Assembly (NCBI GenBank): GCA_037142615.1
Contig: JBAXAI010000046.1
Location: 1 to 27,355, forward strand
From: Spirochaetales bacterium
Lineage (GTDB): Bacteria; Spirochaetota; Spirochaetia; JABEVK01
DNA: 27,355 bases
Reading direction: 5' to 3'
The notes under the pieces are model-generated. The model was not told where the DNA came from, did no database searches, and saw only the letters and a program-made list of their open reading frames with translations. How positions within the stretch are numbered: the stretch's first letter is position 1; the number at the start of each line of letters is the position of its first letter. Of this stretch, positions 10,190 through 19,733 are shown piece by piece. Both the position numbers and the translations under genes were made by a program.

Positions 10190-11563
10190 ATGCTCAAGCA
10201 ACCCAACCTCCTTCCGGCCCCGCGAGAGTTTGTGGCGTCGGCCGGGATTCTCGATCCCCGTACTTTGACCGTCAGCGAGTCCCTGGTTCCTCAGCTCGGC
10301 TTCGAACCGCAGTTTGTTCGCGCCGAGGCCTACGAGATCACGCTTTCGCCTGGCGTGGCCGAGCTCAAGGCGCTGCATCCGCTCGGCTTGGGTCACGCCC
10401 GTACCACGTGGGCGCAACTGGCGACCCAGCCATCGATTCCGGCCGGGGTGATCCGCGACGAGCCTCGTTTCTCATGGCGGGGTCTGATGCTCGACTGCGC
10501 CCGTCACTTCTTTCCTGTTCCGACCATCCTGGCGCTGCTGGATCGACTGGCCTCGCTCAAGCTCAACCGCTTTCATTGGCACTTGGTCGATGACCAGGGG
10601 TGGCGGCTCGAAATCCCCGGGCTTCCGAGGCTGACAGAACTCAGCGCTGGAGGGTACTACTCCACCGCAGACGTCCAGACAGTCGTCGCCTACGCCCAGT
10701 CACGCGGCATCACCGTCGTGCCCGAAATCGAGTTGCCCGGTCACAGCGGTTCGGCCATCGCGGCGTATCCGAAGTTCTCGTGCACCGGCCAACCGCTGGA
10801 GATGCCCACGTCGTGGGGTATTTTGCCGCACGTGTATTGCGCCTCGTCCGAAAAGGCGGCCTCGATGCTCGAAACCATCTTGCAAGAGACCTGCCGCCTG
10901 TTTCCAGGCCCTTGGGTGCACATCGGCGGCGACGAGGTCGTTCGCGCTGCGTGGGAGGTCTGTCCCCGCTGTCAGGCCAAAATCCGCGCCGAGGGCTGGG
11001 ACCAAAACGGTGCCGACGGAGTTCTAGCCCTTGAGGCCGCTTTCTTTCGCCGGATGATCGCGTTCTTGGCCTCGCACGGCAAGACGGCCGTGGGTTGGAA
11101 CGAAATGTTCGAGCACGAGATTCCCCGGTCGGCGGTGGTCCAGTGGTGGCATAGGCCCGACCTTGCCCAGCGCTCGCTCGAGGCCGGCAATCCCCTTTTG
11201 AGCTCGAGCACCGAGTTCTGCTACTTTGACTATCCGTATACCAACCATGACTCGTGGTACGAGCCCCGCTATATGAAACTGACGCCGGTGGCCACGGTGT
11301 ATGCCAACCCTGTGGTGCCTCCGGGCTGCGAGTCCTTGATGGCTGGAATCCAGGGGGGCGAAGCCTGCCTGTGGACCGAACACGTCTCGCCCGAAGTGCT
11401 TGGAGAGCGCCTCGACGGCCGTCTCGAAGCGTTGGCCGAGGTGTACTGGAGTTTTGATCGACGCCCAGGCTACGACTCGTTCTTGTCCCGGGCTGGAGCC
11501 CTGGGCCTTATTCGCCCGACTTGGCAGGTTCCGCCGCTTTCTCAATCGGCGGCTGCGGAATAA
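10190..11563 (+). CDS. GH20 beta-N-acetylhexosaminidase
   Basis: WRGLMLDCARHF, FHWHLVDDQGWR, PEIELPGH, catalytic HIGGDE and GGEACLWTE motifs. No signal peptide. Confidence 0.93.
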   Translation: MLKQPNLLPAPREFVASAGILDPRTLTVSESLVPQLGFEPQFVRAEAYEITLSPGVAELKALHPLGLGHARTTWAQLATQPSIPAGVIRDEPRFSWRGLMLDCARHFFPVPTILALLDRLASLKLNRFHWHLVDDQGWRLEIPGLPRLTELSAGGYYSTADVQTVVAYAQSRGITVVPEIELPGHSGSAIAAYPKFSCTGQPLEMPTSWGILPHVYCASSEKAASMLETILQETCRLFPGPWVHIGGDEVVRAAWEVCPRCQAKIRAEGWDQNGADGVLALEAAFFRRMIAFLASHGKTAVGWNEMFEHEIPRSAVVQWWHRPDLAQRSLEAGNPLLSSSTEFCYFDYPYTNHDSWYEPRYMKLTPVATVYANPVVPPGCESLMAGIQGGEACLWTEHVSPEVLGERLDGRLEALAEVYWSFDRRPGYDSFLSRAGALGLIRPTWQVPPLSQSAAAE

Positions 11564-12521
11564 TCTGGAAGGACGGCTCGGCCTCATTGATCACCGAGTC
11601 GGGGTTGGGGTGGCGGGTGTAGTCGGGGAAAGGCCCCCAGAGAACCAGCACCTTGCCCGCAGCAAGAAGTTCCCGGTTCGCCGGCCGGGCCAAGAGGCGG
11701 TTCCAGTCCTCCTGCGCGAGGATCAAGTCGCAGGGATTGGTGCCAAAGACTCCCCGGGCCACGATGCGAAAAGGGTCCAGCCCGATGCGCTCGCGCCAAG
11801 CTTCTTCGTTGAACTTGCCTTCGCTGAGGCCGGCCTGCCCCCATTCCTCGAGCGCGGCGGAGTGGGCCATGCTCCGGTCGAACAACACCTCGCCGTCGGG
11901 TGAAAGCAGGCGGAACGACAACGATGGTTTCCATTCGGCAAAAAGCTTGTTGGTGCCCCACCAGGGAAGGTTGCCCATCGCGAAGATCACCAAACCCGAA
12001 AAGTCGCGACTGGGATTCCAGCTCACGAGGCGTGACAGGTCGTTGGGGGTCTCGGAGGCTTCCAAGAGCGGCTCGAAGTCGGTCCACAAGCTGGCCGACC
12101 AGCGCATTTCGAGCGAAGTGTAGGCCTCGTCGACGCGCGAATAGTGAAACTTCAGCCGGGGCACCAAGCCGCTGAGCTGACCGACAATGGCCGGGTCTTC
12201 CTGGGCAAGGTCGCCCAGCGTGCGCGAGGAATCGACGGGAAGCTTTGCGGCTTCGCGCACAAAGGCGGCTTCAAGGCGCGACGCCAGCAACTGCTCGGTG
12301 AGGTAGCGCCGCTTGGGACCAGCCATCTGAGCCACGTCGGTTTGAGCCACAAGCGGTGCCGTCAGCGTCAGGTAGAACCGCCCTTCGGTCCAGTCCACGT
12401 GCGACTCGATCCCGTCAGAGGCTTTTGCGCCTGTTGCTGCTTCTTCGGCAGGCAAGGAAACAAGGCCGGCAACGAGGATGACCGTCAACCAACCAAGCGG
12501 GACAATTCGGGGAGTTCCCAT
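11508..12521 (-). CDS. Exported hypothetical protein
   Basis: ATG 1 nt after the mltD stop, followed by a hydrophobic signal-like segment. Last gene of the TPR-mltD operon. Confidence 0.75.
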   Translation of the reverse strand: MGTPRIVPLGWLTVILVAGLVSLPAEEAATGAKASDGIESHVDWTEGRFYLTLTAPLVAQTDVAQMAGPKRRYLTEQLLASRLEAAFVREAAKLPVDSSRTLGDLAQEDPAIVGQLSGLVPRLKFHYSRVDEAYTSLEMRWSASLWTDFEPLLEASETPNDLSRLVSWNPSRDFSGLVIFAMGNLPWWGTNKLFAEWKPSLSFRLLSPDGEVLFDRSMAHSAALEEWGQAGLSEGKFNEEAWRERIGLDPFRIVARGVFGTNPCDLILAQEDWNRLLARPANRELLAAGKVLVLWGPFPDYTRHPNPDSVINEAEPSFQIIPQPPIEKAAEPAKSGE

Positions 12522-12522
12522 G

Positions 12523-13635
12523 TCAACCGCCCGCCTTCGCGCCCTTGCAGAAAGGGCCCACGTCCTTGAGACCAGGGATGACGAGGCTTTGAGCGATCTT
12601 GAGACGTTCGGGCGCAAGCCCGGGATTGTAGCGTTGGATCATGGGTATGCTCACACCGTACCAAAGGGCAATTTCCGAAAGAGTATCGCCTTTCTTCACG
12701 CTGTACAAGTAAAAGCGCATCAGCGGAAGGGCCGGATCGGCGAGAGCCTGGGTGAGCGGTTGCACCCACAAAGGGCTGACTTTCAACTGGTAGCCGCTGG
12801 TGAACGTCGGCGTGATGGTGTAGTTGAGCTCGCGGTTGGCGTCGCGAAGCGCTTCCCAGGGAACCCCGGCGGCCTCGGCGAGCAGTTTCAGGTCGACGCT
12901 CTTGTCGAGCGCCAGGCGTTCCCATTGCACAGGATCGGCCCAGTCGACCGAAAACCCGTTGGCCTCGCGGTTCGCCATCAAGCGGCCCAAGGCCAAAAGC
13001 TGCGGCAGGTACCCGGCTGTTTCGCGCGGCAAGTAGCCCTTGTCGAGCAACTGCCAGTAGTCCCGGATTCCCCCCGAGCGCTTGATGGCCGCGCGGATCT
13101 TGCCATCGCCCGCGTTGTAGGCGGCCAGCGCTAAATACCAGTCGCCAAAGGTTTCGTAGTTATCGCGCAGTTTGTCGAGCGCGCCTTCGGTGGCCTTCCA
13201 GAAATCCCTGCGTTCGTCGGCATAGGTGCTCACCGTCATCCCGTAGCCGCTGATGCTGTTCTTCATGAATTGCCAAAGGCCCATCGCCCCGGCCTTGGAC
13301 TGAGCTGTCGGTGAAAAGGCCGACTCGACGGCGACCAACCAGTAGAGGTCGTCAGGCATACCCCTGGCTTCGAGTTGGGCGTGAATGAAGTCCCGGTACG
13401 GCAGGCTCCGCTTGAGGCAAAGTTCGACCCAGGACCGGCCCGCGCCCAGAAAGTACGCTACCGACTTTTCGATGCGAGGATGATCGGCATTGAGCGCCAG
13501 CGGCAAGTCAGGGGCAGCCAAATCGCCCAAGTACGGCAGAGTCTGGCTAGCAAACGGTTCGTCGGGCGGCAACAAAGGCGGAAGCTCCTGCGCCCCCAAA
13601 ACCGAGCCAAGGAGCGTAGCGAGGACGATCCTCAT
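12523..13635 (-). CDS. mltD: MltD-like lytic transglycosylase with C-terminal LysM domain
   Basis: AVESAFSPTAQSKAGAMGLWQFM and LAAYNAG motifs; LysM YSVKKGDTLSEIA. ATGA overlap with the upstream gene. Confidence 0.88.
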   Translation of the reverse strand: MRIVLATLLGSVLGAQELPPLLPPDEPFASQTLPYLGDLAAPDLPLALNADHPRIEKSVAYFLGAGRSWVELCLKRSLPYRDFIHAQLEARGMPDDLYWLVAVESAFSPTAQSKAGAMGLWQFMKNSISGYGMTVSTYADERRDFWKATEGALDKLRDNYETFGDWYLALAAYNAGDGKIRAAIKRSGGIRDYWQLLDKGYLPRETAGYLPQLLALGRLMANREANGFSVDWADPVQWERLALDKSVDLKLLAEAAGVPWEALRDANRELNYTITPTFTSGYQLKVSPLWVQPLTQALADPALPLMRFYLYSVKKGDTLSEIALWYGVSIPMIQRYNPGLAPERLKIAQSLVIPGLKDVGPFCKGAKAGG

Positions 13636-14714
13636 AGCTTTTCGCCGAAAAAGACGCCCGCCCACTCCCACGCCCCGTTGGTTTCGGGGTCTGCCGGGAA
13701 CTCAACCCGGCGAAAGTAGAAGTACCAGGTTGGAATGCGGTAGTTCCAGCCGGTGGAGCGAAGGTACGCTTCAGAGTCGTTCGACAGTTCATCGAGTGAC
13801 GGGGAAAAACGCACTTCCGAGCCCGAGTTGTAGTTGGCCTGCAGCACGAGCTCTTTGAGAAACTTGCTGATGTCGAAAGCTTCGGTGAGACTTTCAGCCA
13901 AGTCGGTGTTGTCCCACGAAAGGGCAAAGAAGCCGACCTTGGCACGTAGGGTTTCCATCAGCGGCGTGTTGCTGTTGCTGACGGCTTTTTTCACCTGTTC
14001 CACCAGTTCGCTCAAGTCCTGCCGAACCCAAGCCCGGTCGGTCTGCGAGATGTCAACCAGGGAACGTATACGCTGGCTCGCCTTGGGGTCACCGGCCACG
14101 GTGGGATCAGGAAACTGCAAAAACCGGTTGTAGGCGGTCAGGGCGTCGTCCCACAGGCCCAGGGTCTCGGCAGTTCTGCCCCACGAGTAATACAGGTCAG
14201 GGGTGACCATTTTGTACTGAAAACGGGCCTTGAGCTGTTCAAAGTGTTGGCGACGCTTGCTCGCTGACGGCTCCAGACGCACAAGGAAGAACAGGCATTG
14301 TTCGTGAATCGACCGGCCTTCTTCCTGGATATCGGGGGTGCTAGCCAGGATACGCTCGTAGTAGCGCAGGGCAAAGGCGGTGGCACCGGCCAGCCGGTAG
14401 TTTTCTGCCACGACGAACAAGTAGTGGGCCAAGAAAGGATCGGTGGGATTCTGGGCCACGTATTCGGTCAGGAACAGGTTGATGCGGGCGACTTCGCCTT
14501 GGGCTCGCAGCTTGGCGATGATTTCCTGAATGAGCGTGTAGCGTGTGGCACCGGGGGACTTTTCGCGGGCCAGCAGACCAAAAAGTGACGTAAGTTCCTT
14601 TTTCTGCTGTTCAGAACCGACCAGAAAGGCGTCATCGCGGGTGCTGGATGCGCCGAGAAAAAAGGCCAAAACGAGGGCCAGAACCGCAGGAACAAGACTC
14701 AGCAATCTTTGCAT
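13632..14714 (-). CDS. Exported TPR-like repeat protein
   Basis: Signal peptide and TPR-like helices (YYSWGRTAETLGLWDDALTAYNRFL). Start at ATG 14714 lies 7 nt after TAGGAT; 14723 is the alternative. Confidence 0.78.
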   Translation of the reverse strand: MQRLLSLVPAVLALVLAFFLGASSTRDDAFLVGSEQQKKELTSLFGLLAREKSPGATRYTLIQEIIAKLRAQGEVARINLFLTEYVAQNPTDPFLAHYLFVVAENYRLAGATAFALRYYERILASTPDIQEEGRSIHEQCLFFLVRLEPSASKRRQHFEQLKARFQYKMVTPDLYYSWGRTAETLGLWDDALTAYNRFLQFPDPTVAGDPKASQRIRSLVDISQTDRAWVRQDLSELVEQVKKAVSNSNTPLMETLRAKVGFFALSWDNTDLAESLTEAFDISKFLKELVLQANYNSGSEVRFSPSLDELSNDSEAYLRSTGWNYRIPTWYFYFRRVEFPADPETNGAWEWAGVFFGEKL

Positions 14715-14739
14715 CGCCAGCATCCTAACATAGCCCGGC

Positions 14740-14768
14740 TTGCCGTGGACAGTGCTTTGACGTACACT
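14740..14768 (+). promoter_or_regulatory. Sigma70-type promoter of the icd operon
   Basis: TTGCCG-N17-TACACT, followed by an AGGAG RBS before ATG 14786. Confidence 0.6.
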
Positions 14769-14785
14769 GGTCGGCAGGAGTTTGT

Positions 14786-16090
14786 ATGGCCCAAACCGTC
14801 TCGATGAGCCCCAAGGGATTGAAAGTTCCCGACCACGTTGTCCTTCCCTTTATCGAGGGTGATGGCACGGGTCCCGACATTTGGGCCGCCAGCGTCCGCG
14901 TTTTCAACGCCGCCGTCCAAAAAGCCTACGGGGGCCAACGTCAGGTGGAATGGAAAGAAGTCCTCGCCGGTGAAAAGGCGTTCACCAAAACCGGGAGTTG
15001 GCTGCCCGACGAAACCCTCGACGTGTTCCGCAGCCACTTGGTGGGAATCAAGGGCCCGTTGACGACGCCAGTCGGTGGCGGCATCCGATCGCTCAACGTC
15101 GCACTCAGGCAGATCCTCGACCTGTACGTGTGCCTGCGACCCGTCAAGTACTACCAAGGAGTCCCCAGCCCGGTGAAGCGTCCCGAGGCCGTCGACATGG
15201 TCATCTTCCGTGAGAACACGGAAGATATCTACGCCGGTATCGAATACGCGGCAGGCACCCCCGAAGCGCAGAAGATCCTCGACTTCTTCCAGGTCAATTT
15301 TCCCAAGGAGTTCGGCAAGATCCGGTTCGGGACGCAAGCCGCTTCCGAGGCGTGGCAGAACCAGTTGGAGTCGTTCGGCACGCCTCACCGGGCGGCACCG
15401 GTCCAGGTGGGCCTCGGCCTCAAGGCCGTCAGTTCGCTGGGTACCGAGCGGTTGGTCCACACGGCGATCAGCCACGCGATCGCCGAAAAGCGCAAGAGTG
15501 TTACACTCGTCCACAAGGGCAACATCATGAAGTTCACCGAAGGGGCCTTCCGCGACTGGGGCTACCAGACGGCCAAGGACTTTTTCGGCGCCGAACTGGT
15601 GGATGGAGGCCCATGGATGAAGATCCCGGCCGGCAAGCCGGGCGCAGGGCTTGTCATCAAAGACAGCATCGCCGACATCACACTTCAGCAGGTGCTCACC
15701 CGCCCCGAGGATTTCGATGTCATTGCCACGCTCAACCTCAACGGTGACTACCTGAGCGACGCGCTGGCCGCCCAGGTCGGTGGCATCGGCATCGCTCCGG
15801 GGGCGAACGTCAACTACATCACCGGCCATGCCATCTTCGAGGCCACGCACGGCACAGCTCCCAAGTACGCGGGGCTCGACAAGGTCAATCCCTCGTCGGT
15901 TCTCCTCTCGGGGGTCATGATGTTCGAGTATCTGGGCTGGAAAGAAGTGGCGACGCTGATCGAAAACGGCCTCGAGAACGCCATTGCCGCCAAAAAAGTC
16001 ACCTACGATTTTGCCCGCTTGATGGAAGGCGCCACCGAGGTGAGCTGCAGCGGGTTCGCCAACGCTGTGATCGACGGTATGCGGTCATGA
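14786..16090 (+). CDS. icd: NADP-dependent isocitrate dehydrogenase (E. coli-type dimeric)
   Basis: [30 protein letters not shown] and NLNGDYLSD motifs. NADP determinants HGTAPKY and VTYDFAR. Confidence 0.97.
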   Translation: MAQTVSMSPKGLKVPDHVVLPFIEGDGTGPDIWAASVRVFNAAVQKAYGGQRQVEWKEVLAGEKAFTKTGSWLPDETLDVFRSHLVGIKGPLTTPVGGGIRSLNVALRQILDLYVCLRPVKYYQGVPSPVKRPEAVDMVIFRENTEDIYAGIEYAAGTPEAQKILDFFQVNFPKEFGKIRFGTQAASEAWQNQLESFGTPHRAAPVQVGLGLKAVSSLGTERLVHTAISHAIAEKRKSVTLVHKGNIMKFTEGAFRDWGYQTAKDFFGAELVDGGPWMKIPAGKPGAGLVIKDSIADITLQQVLTRPEDFDVIATLNLNGDYLSDALAAQVGGIGIAPGANVNYITGHAIFEATHGTAPKYAGLDKVNPSSVLLSGVMMFEYLGWKEVATLIENGLENAIAAKKVTYDFARLMEGATEVSCSGFANAVIDGMRS

Positions 16091-16629
16091 CCCGACGCGA
16101 TGCCATCCGCCGCGCCACCCTGATCTCGGGGCTGGTGCTCACCGGAGGCGGAGCGGTGCTCTTGTTCATCACGCAGAATGTGCTGGAGTCGGTGGTCAAG
16201 TGGTCACCGACGGCGCTGGTACTCTTGGGCGCCTACTTCCTGTACCGGGTGATCTTTCTGAAGGCCCGCCCCGGCTATCTGTTCAGCGGTCTGATCTTGG
16301 TCCTCGGCGGCACCTTCACGTTGCTGCTGAGCACCGGCATTTTGCCCGAAGGCTTCTCGCTCAAGGAATTGTGGCCGGTTTACATGGGCATCATTGGCGT
16401 TTCACTGCTGCCTTACGGTGCGCGTTACCGCCGTACCATCCGGGTCAGCCTGTTCATTCCTGGCCTTTTCCTGATCTTCCTTTGTGTTGCGTTCCTCCTG
16501 TTCAGTTTATCGGTGGTCAAGGAATCACTGGCCGAGTTTGTGGGCCGTTGGTGGCCGCTGCTGCTCATTTTCATGGGGCTCACCCTGCTCGCGAGTTCGT
16601 GGTTGCAGCCCGCCGATCCCAAGGACTAG
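16087..16629 (+). CDS. Multi-pass membrane protein (LiaF/DUF5668-like WP repeats)
   Basis: About 6 hydrophobic helices, with LWPV and WWPLLLI motifs. ATGA overlap with icd. Confidence 0.75.
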   Translation: MTRRDAIRRATLISGLVLTGGGAVLLFITQNVLESVVKWSPTALVLLGAYFLYRVIFLKARPGYLFSGLILVLGGTFTLLLSTGILPEGFSLKELWPVYMGIIGVSLLPYGARYRRTIRVSLFIPGLFLIFLCVAFLLFSLSVVKESLAEFVGRWWPLLLIFMGLTLLASSWLQPADPKD

Positions 16630-16632
16630 GCG

Positions 16633-17115
16633 ATGAAGCCCACATTCATGTACTTCCTCCGGGGCGCGCTGCTGGTCACCCTCTGGCTGTTCTCGGAGGG
16701 GGCTTCGTCGCAGACGACCCCGCAAGACCCCGCGCTTTGGCTGGGCATGACGCCCGAAACGGCGTATCGCGAGTTGGGAGCCCCTTCAGAGGTGTTTCCG
16801 GTGGCCGCCGACGCTACCCGCTGGCAAGTGGCACAGTTCTACCCCAGCAACGTCACCCTCTACTGGTACGCCAACCACGTGTGGCAGGTGCGGCTCGACC
16901 GGCGCTACACGGGCGGCTTCCTCGGCCTGACGATGGGACAAACCCGCGACAGCGCGCTGGTGGTGTTGGGGCCCCCTGCCGTCAGCAGCGCTCCCGGTGC
17001 CGTTCCCGCCTGGGACTCGTGGGCCCTGCCGTTCCGGGCCTTTTCGCGTCAGGTCCGACTGGTTTTTGAGAACGGACTGCTGTTCGACGCCTCGTTCTAT
17101 CGGAGCGATCTGTGA
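16633..17115 (+). CDS. Exported hypothetical protein
   Basis: Signal-like N-terminus and two LGMT...LG.P repeats. Tightly packed in the operon. Confidence 0.72.
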   Translation: MKPTFMYFLRGALLVTLWLFSEGASSQTTPQDPALWLGMTPETAYRELGAPSEVFPVAADATRWQVAQFYPSNVTLYWYANHVWQVRLDRRYTGGFLGLTMGQTRDSALVVLGPPAVSSAPGAVPAWDSWALPFRAFSRQVRLVFENGLLFDASFYRSDL

Positions 17116-18626
17116 CCACCCGGCCAGGGATCTGCTTAGTCCTCGCCGGGCCGACCTTGGAGGACTGCCGCCGTCAGTTGGAAGACAACCGGCCATGGAT
17201 CGACCTCGCCGAGGTGCGGGCCGACAAAATTGGTCGCGAGGACTGGCCCGCGCTGAACGACTTTTCGCGCGAGGCGGGTTTGCCGCTGGTCCTGACGCTC
17301 CGCCAGCCCCGGCACGGTGGGGACTGGACGGGAAGCCCCGACGCGCGCGAGGCCTTCTTCGAACAGGCTCTGGACGGTGTTTGGGCCTGGGCCGACGTGG
17401 AAGACGACCAGCGAATGCCCGACTGGGAGGCCCGTTGGCGCGCGGCCGGGCACGAGCTCATCGTGTCCTTTCATGAGCTCGAGGGACTCGGGGTCGGTTG
17501 GCTTGAGCGGATCCGGCGCACCCAGGCCACACTAGCGGGCACCGATGGCGTTGTCAAAGCGGCGCTGATGCCCCGAAGCTCGCGCGACTACCTGACCTTT
17601 GTGCAGGGTGTGCTCTCGCTTCCGACCGGCCGCCGGGTTCTGCTGGCGATGGGGGGGGTCGGGTTCACCAGCCGCGTGCTCACGGCGCGGTTTGGCAGCC
17701 TGTGGACCTACGCCTCGCCGACCGGAAACACCATTGCCCCAGGGCAAACGGATCCGCAAACGCTGGTCGAGCTCTACCGCTACCGGTTGCAGACCCGCCA
17801 AACTCCCGTCTACGGGGTTGTCGGTAATCCGGTTTTTCATTCCAAGTCACCCCACATTCACAACCCGGGTCTGGCTGCCCTCGGTCTGCCTGGCACCTAT
17901 GTGCCCTTTCTCGCCGATGACGTGCAGGCTCTTTTGCGTACCGCCGAGCTGCTGGGCGTGCGGGGACTTTCGTGTACGATTCCCCACAAGCAGGCGGTTC
18001 TGCCGCTGCTGGAATCTGCCTCGGGAGCGGTAGAGGCCATTGGCGCGGCCAATACCCTTGTGAGGACCCCAGCCGGATGGCGGGGTGACAACACCGACGC
18101 TCGCGGGTTTCTCGAGCCGTTGTCGGCGTTGCAAAGGTCCATCCACGGTTCCGGGGCCCTTTCCGCAGCCGGAGTTACGGTGATCGGCACCGGCGGCGCG
18201 GCAAGGGCTATCGTGTGGGCTCTCGCGCAGGCCGGCTGCCGGGTTCTCGTGTTGGGCCGCGACCTCGCCAAGGCCGAAGCCCTTGCGGCCGAGTTCGGGG
18301 TTCAAGCTGCCCATTTGGGGCCAGAAAGCCTGGACGCCGTGAAGACCCACGCCAGCGTGCTGGTGCAGACGACCAGCGTAGGCATGGGAGACCAGGAAGG
18401 AAAGGACCCCCTGCCTTGGTACGAGTTCACGGGCAACGAGATTGCTTACGACATCGTCTACGCGCCACAATGGACCTCGTTCCTCGAAAGGGCCCGGCAA
18501 GCCGGTTGCCAGGTACTTTTCGGCCGCCAGATGCTCGACCATCAGGCGTGGCTTCAGTTCGGGCTCTTTACGGGGGTCGACTATCCGACGGCCAAAATGG
18601 GCGGTCAACCGGGGGAAGGCCAGTGA
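17112..18626 (+). CDS. aroDE: Bifunctional type I 3-dehydroquinate dehydratase / shikimate dehydrogenase
   Basis: AroD motifs EVRAD, TLR, SFH, VVK, AMG..SR and APGQ. AroE motifs SKSP, TIPHK, NT, NTD, GTGGAA and YDIVY. Confidence 0.93.
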   Translation: MTTRPGICLVLAGPTLEDCRRQLEDNRPWIDLAEVRADKIGREDWPALNDFSREAGLPLVLTLRQPRHGGDWTGSPDAREAFFEQALDGVWAWADVEDDQRMPDWEARWRAAGHELIVSFHELEGLGVGWLERIRRTQATLAGTDGVVKAALMPRSSRDYLTFVQGVLSLPTGRRVLLAMGGVGFTSRVLTARFGSLWTYASPTGNTIAPGQTDPQTLVELYRYRLQTRQTPVYGVVGNPVFHSKSPHIHNPGLAALGLPGTYVPFLADDVQALLRTAELLGVRGLSCTIPHKQAVLPLLESASGAVEAIGAANTLVRTPAGWRGDNTDARGFLEPLSALQRSIHGSGALSAAGVTVIGTGGAARAIVWALAQAGCRVLVLGRDLAKAEALAAEFGVQAAHLGPESLDAVKTHASVLVQTTSVGMGDQEGKDPLPWYEFTGNEIAYDIVYAPQWTSFLERARQAGCQVLFGRQMLDHQAWLQFGLFTGVDYPTAKMGGQPGEGQ

Positions 18627-19021
18627 ACCTTCGGCGAGCCTTGATGGTGGTTTGCTTGGGCACGCTCGCGCTGGGGGCAGTGGCCAATCCGGCTGGGCCT
18701 TGGCCCGACCCGTGGGTCTGGGAAAGTTCCAACCCACCGCGCCTGACACTCCTGCTCGGAGGCGCCGTCTTTCACAAAACGCTGAGCCTCGCGGAGGGGG
18801 CTTCGACGTTGGTGCTGGTGCTCAAAAAGTACACCATGACCGAAGACGGCGTGAGCTTGGAATGGCGCGCAGGAACCCAGCTCTGGCTTCAAAAGAACAA
18901 AAAAATACCCGGTAGCCAGAGCACCGAAACGGTACCCTTGCCACCGGGCTCGGTGATCACCCTCAAGGTGACCAGCCGAAGCGGTCAATTGCTCGCCGAC
19001 ATCACTCTGCAGAGGAAGTAG
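18623..19021 (+). CDS. Exported hypothetical protein (132 aa, beta-rich)
   Basis: GTGA overlap with the aroDE stop; signal peptide VNLRRALMVVCLGTLALGAVA. Confidence 0.7.
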   Translation: MNLRRALMVVCLGTLALGAVANPAGPWPDPWVWESSNPPRLTLLLGGAVFHKTLSLAEGASTLVLVLKKYTMTEDGVSLEWRAGTQLWLQKNKKIPGSQSTETVPLPPGSVITLKVTSRSGQLLADITLQRK

Positions 19022-19121
19022 GTCGGCTGGCTTTTTTGGCCTGCTTTTCCTTCTTCTTTTCGTCTGTTGTCTTCAAGGGCGGCTTCTTGGTTTCTTTCTT
19101 CTGCTTCGATTTGTCACCCAT
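19002..19121 (-). CDS. Lys-rich 39-aa microprotein MGDKSKQKKETKKPPLKTTDEKKKEKQAKKASRPTSSAE
   Basis: GAGGAGG SD before the ATG and its own promoter-like sequence. It explains the pyrimidine-rich + strand here; absent from the ORF track. Confidence 0.72.
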   Translation of the reverse strand: MGDKSKQKKETKKPPLKTTDEKKKEKQAKKASRPTSSAE

Positions 19122-19149
19122 CTCGTCCTCCTCTTTGTCCAGTTCTCAC

Positions 19150-19178
19150 ACTGTAGCCTAGCGGTCGGGACTCAGCAA
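19150..19178 (-). promoter_or_regulatory. Sigma70-type promoter for the Lys-rich microprotein
   Basis: TTGCTG-N17-TACAGT. Confidence 0.5.
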
Positions 19179-19733
19179 GAGCCGAATCCGCTGCGCCCAG
19201 TGCCACACCAGAAGGGCGCCGATGATACAAAGGTTGGCAACCAGAAGCGTCCACTTCGCCGTCGTCATCCCCCCCGTGATCCACCCCAGAGTGTCCCAGC
19301 GGTCGGGATACAGGAGCGAGGAGGTCAGCACACCGAGGTTCTCGCCCAAGTCAGCCACGCAGCCCAACAAAGGCAGCATACAAAGAAGGTACCACCAGCC
19401 TGAACGAGGGTTGATCTTTTTGAAAAGGTACAATTGGGTCAAAAGCAGAAAGCCGTTGTACAGAAGAGGGAACACCGCATCGCAGGGAAAGAGCACGGTC
19501 CGGTAGAAGTCCCGGCCGACAACACCCCAAGCGCCGAGAATCGTGTGAAGTTCCGCAGGAGTGTACCACCAGAGTTGGTCGGGCATTCCATGCTCGGGCG
19601 AGTATTGTTTGAGCTGGACAAGAAGCCAGGGGGTGCTGCTGAAGGCATAGTAGGCGCAGAACACGAGGAAGAAGCTCACCAGGACGCCGATGAAGCGGGT
19701 TTTGAGCGAAAGTTTCTGAAAGTACAGGATCAT
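19158..19733 (-). CDS. Membrane protein (about 4 TM helices)
   Basis: ATGA overlap with the argH stop. D..FP..Y and D..EN motifs among hydrophobic helices. Confidence 0.78.
   Translation of the reverse strand: MILYFQKLSLKTRFIGVLVSFFLVFCAYYAFSSTPWLLVQLKQYSPEHGMPDQLWWYTPAELHTILGAWGVVGRDFYRTVLFPCDAVFPLLYNGFLLLTQLYLFKKINPRSGWWYLLCMLPLLGCVADLGENLGVLTSSLLYPDRWDTLGWITGGMTTAKWTLLVANLCIIGALLVWHWAQRIRLLLSPDR

Noticed and set aside
17651-17658. G8 run in aroDE as a phase-variation tract
   Set aside because: In frame within the conserved AMG motif, and the tract is short.
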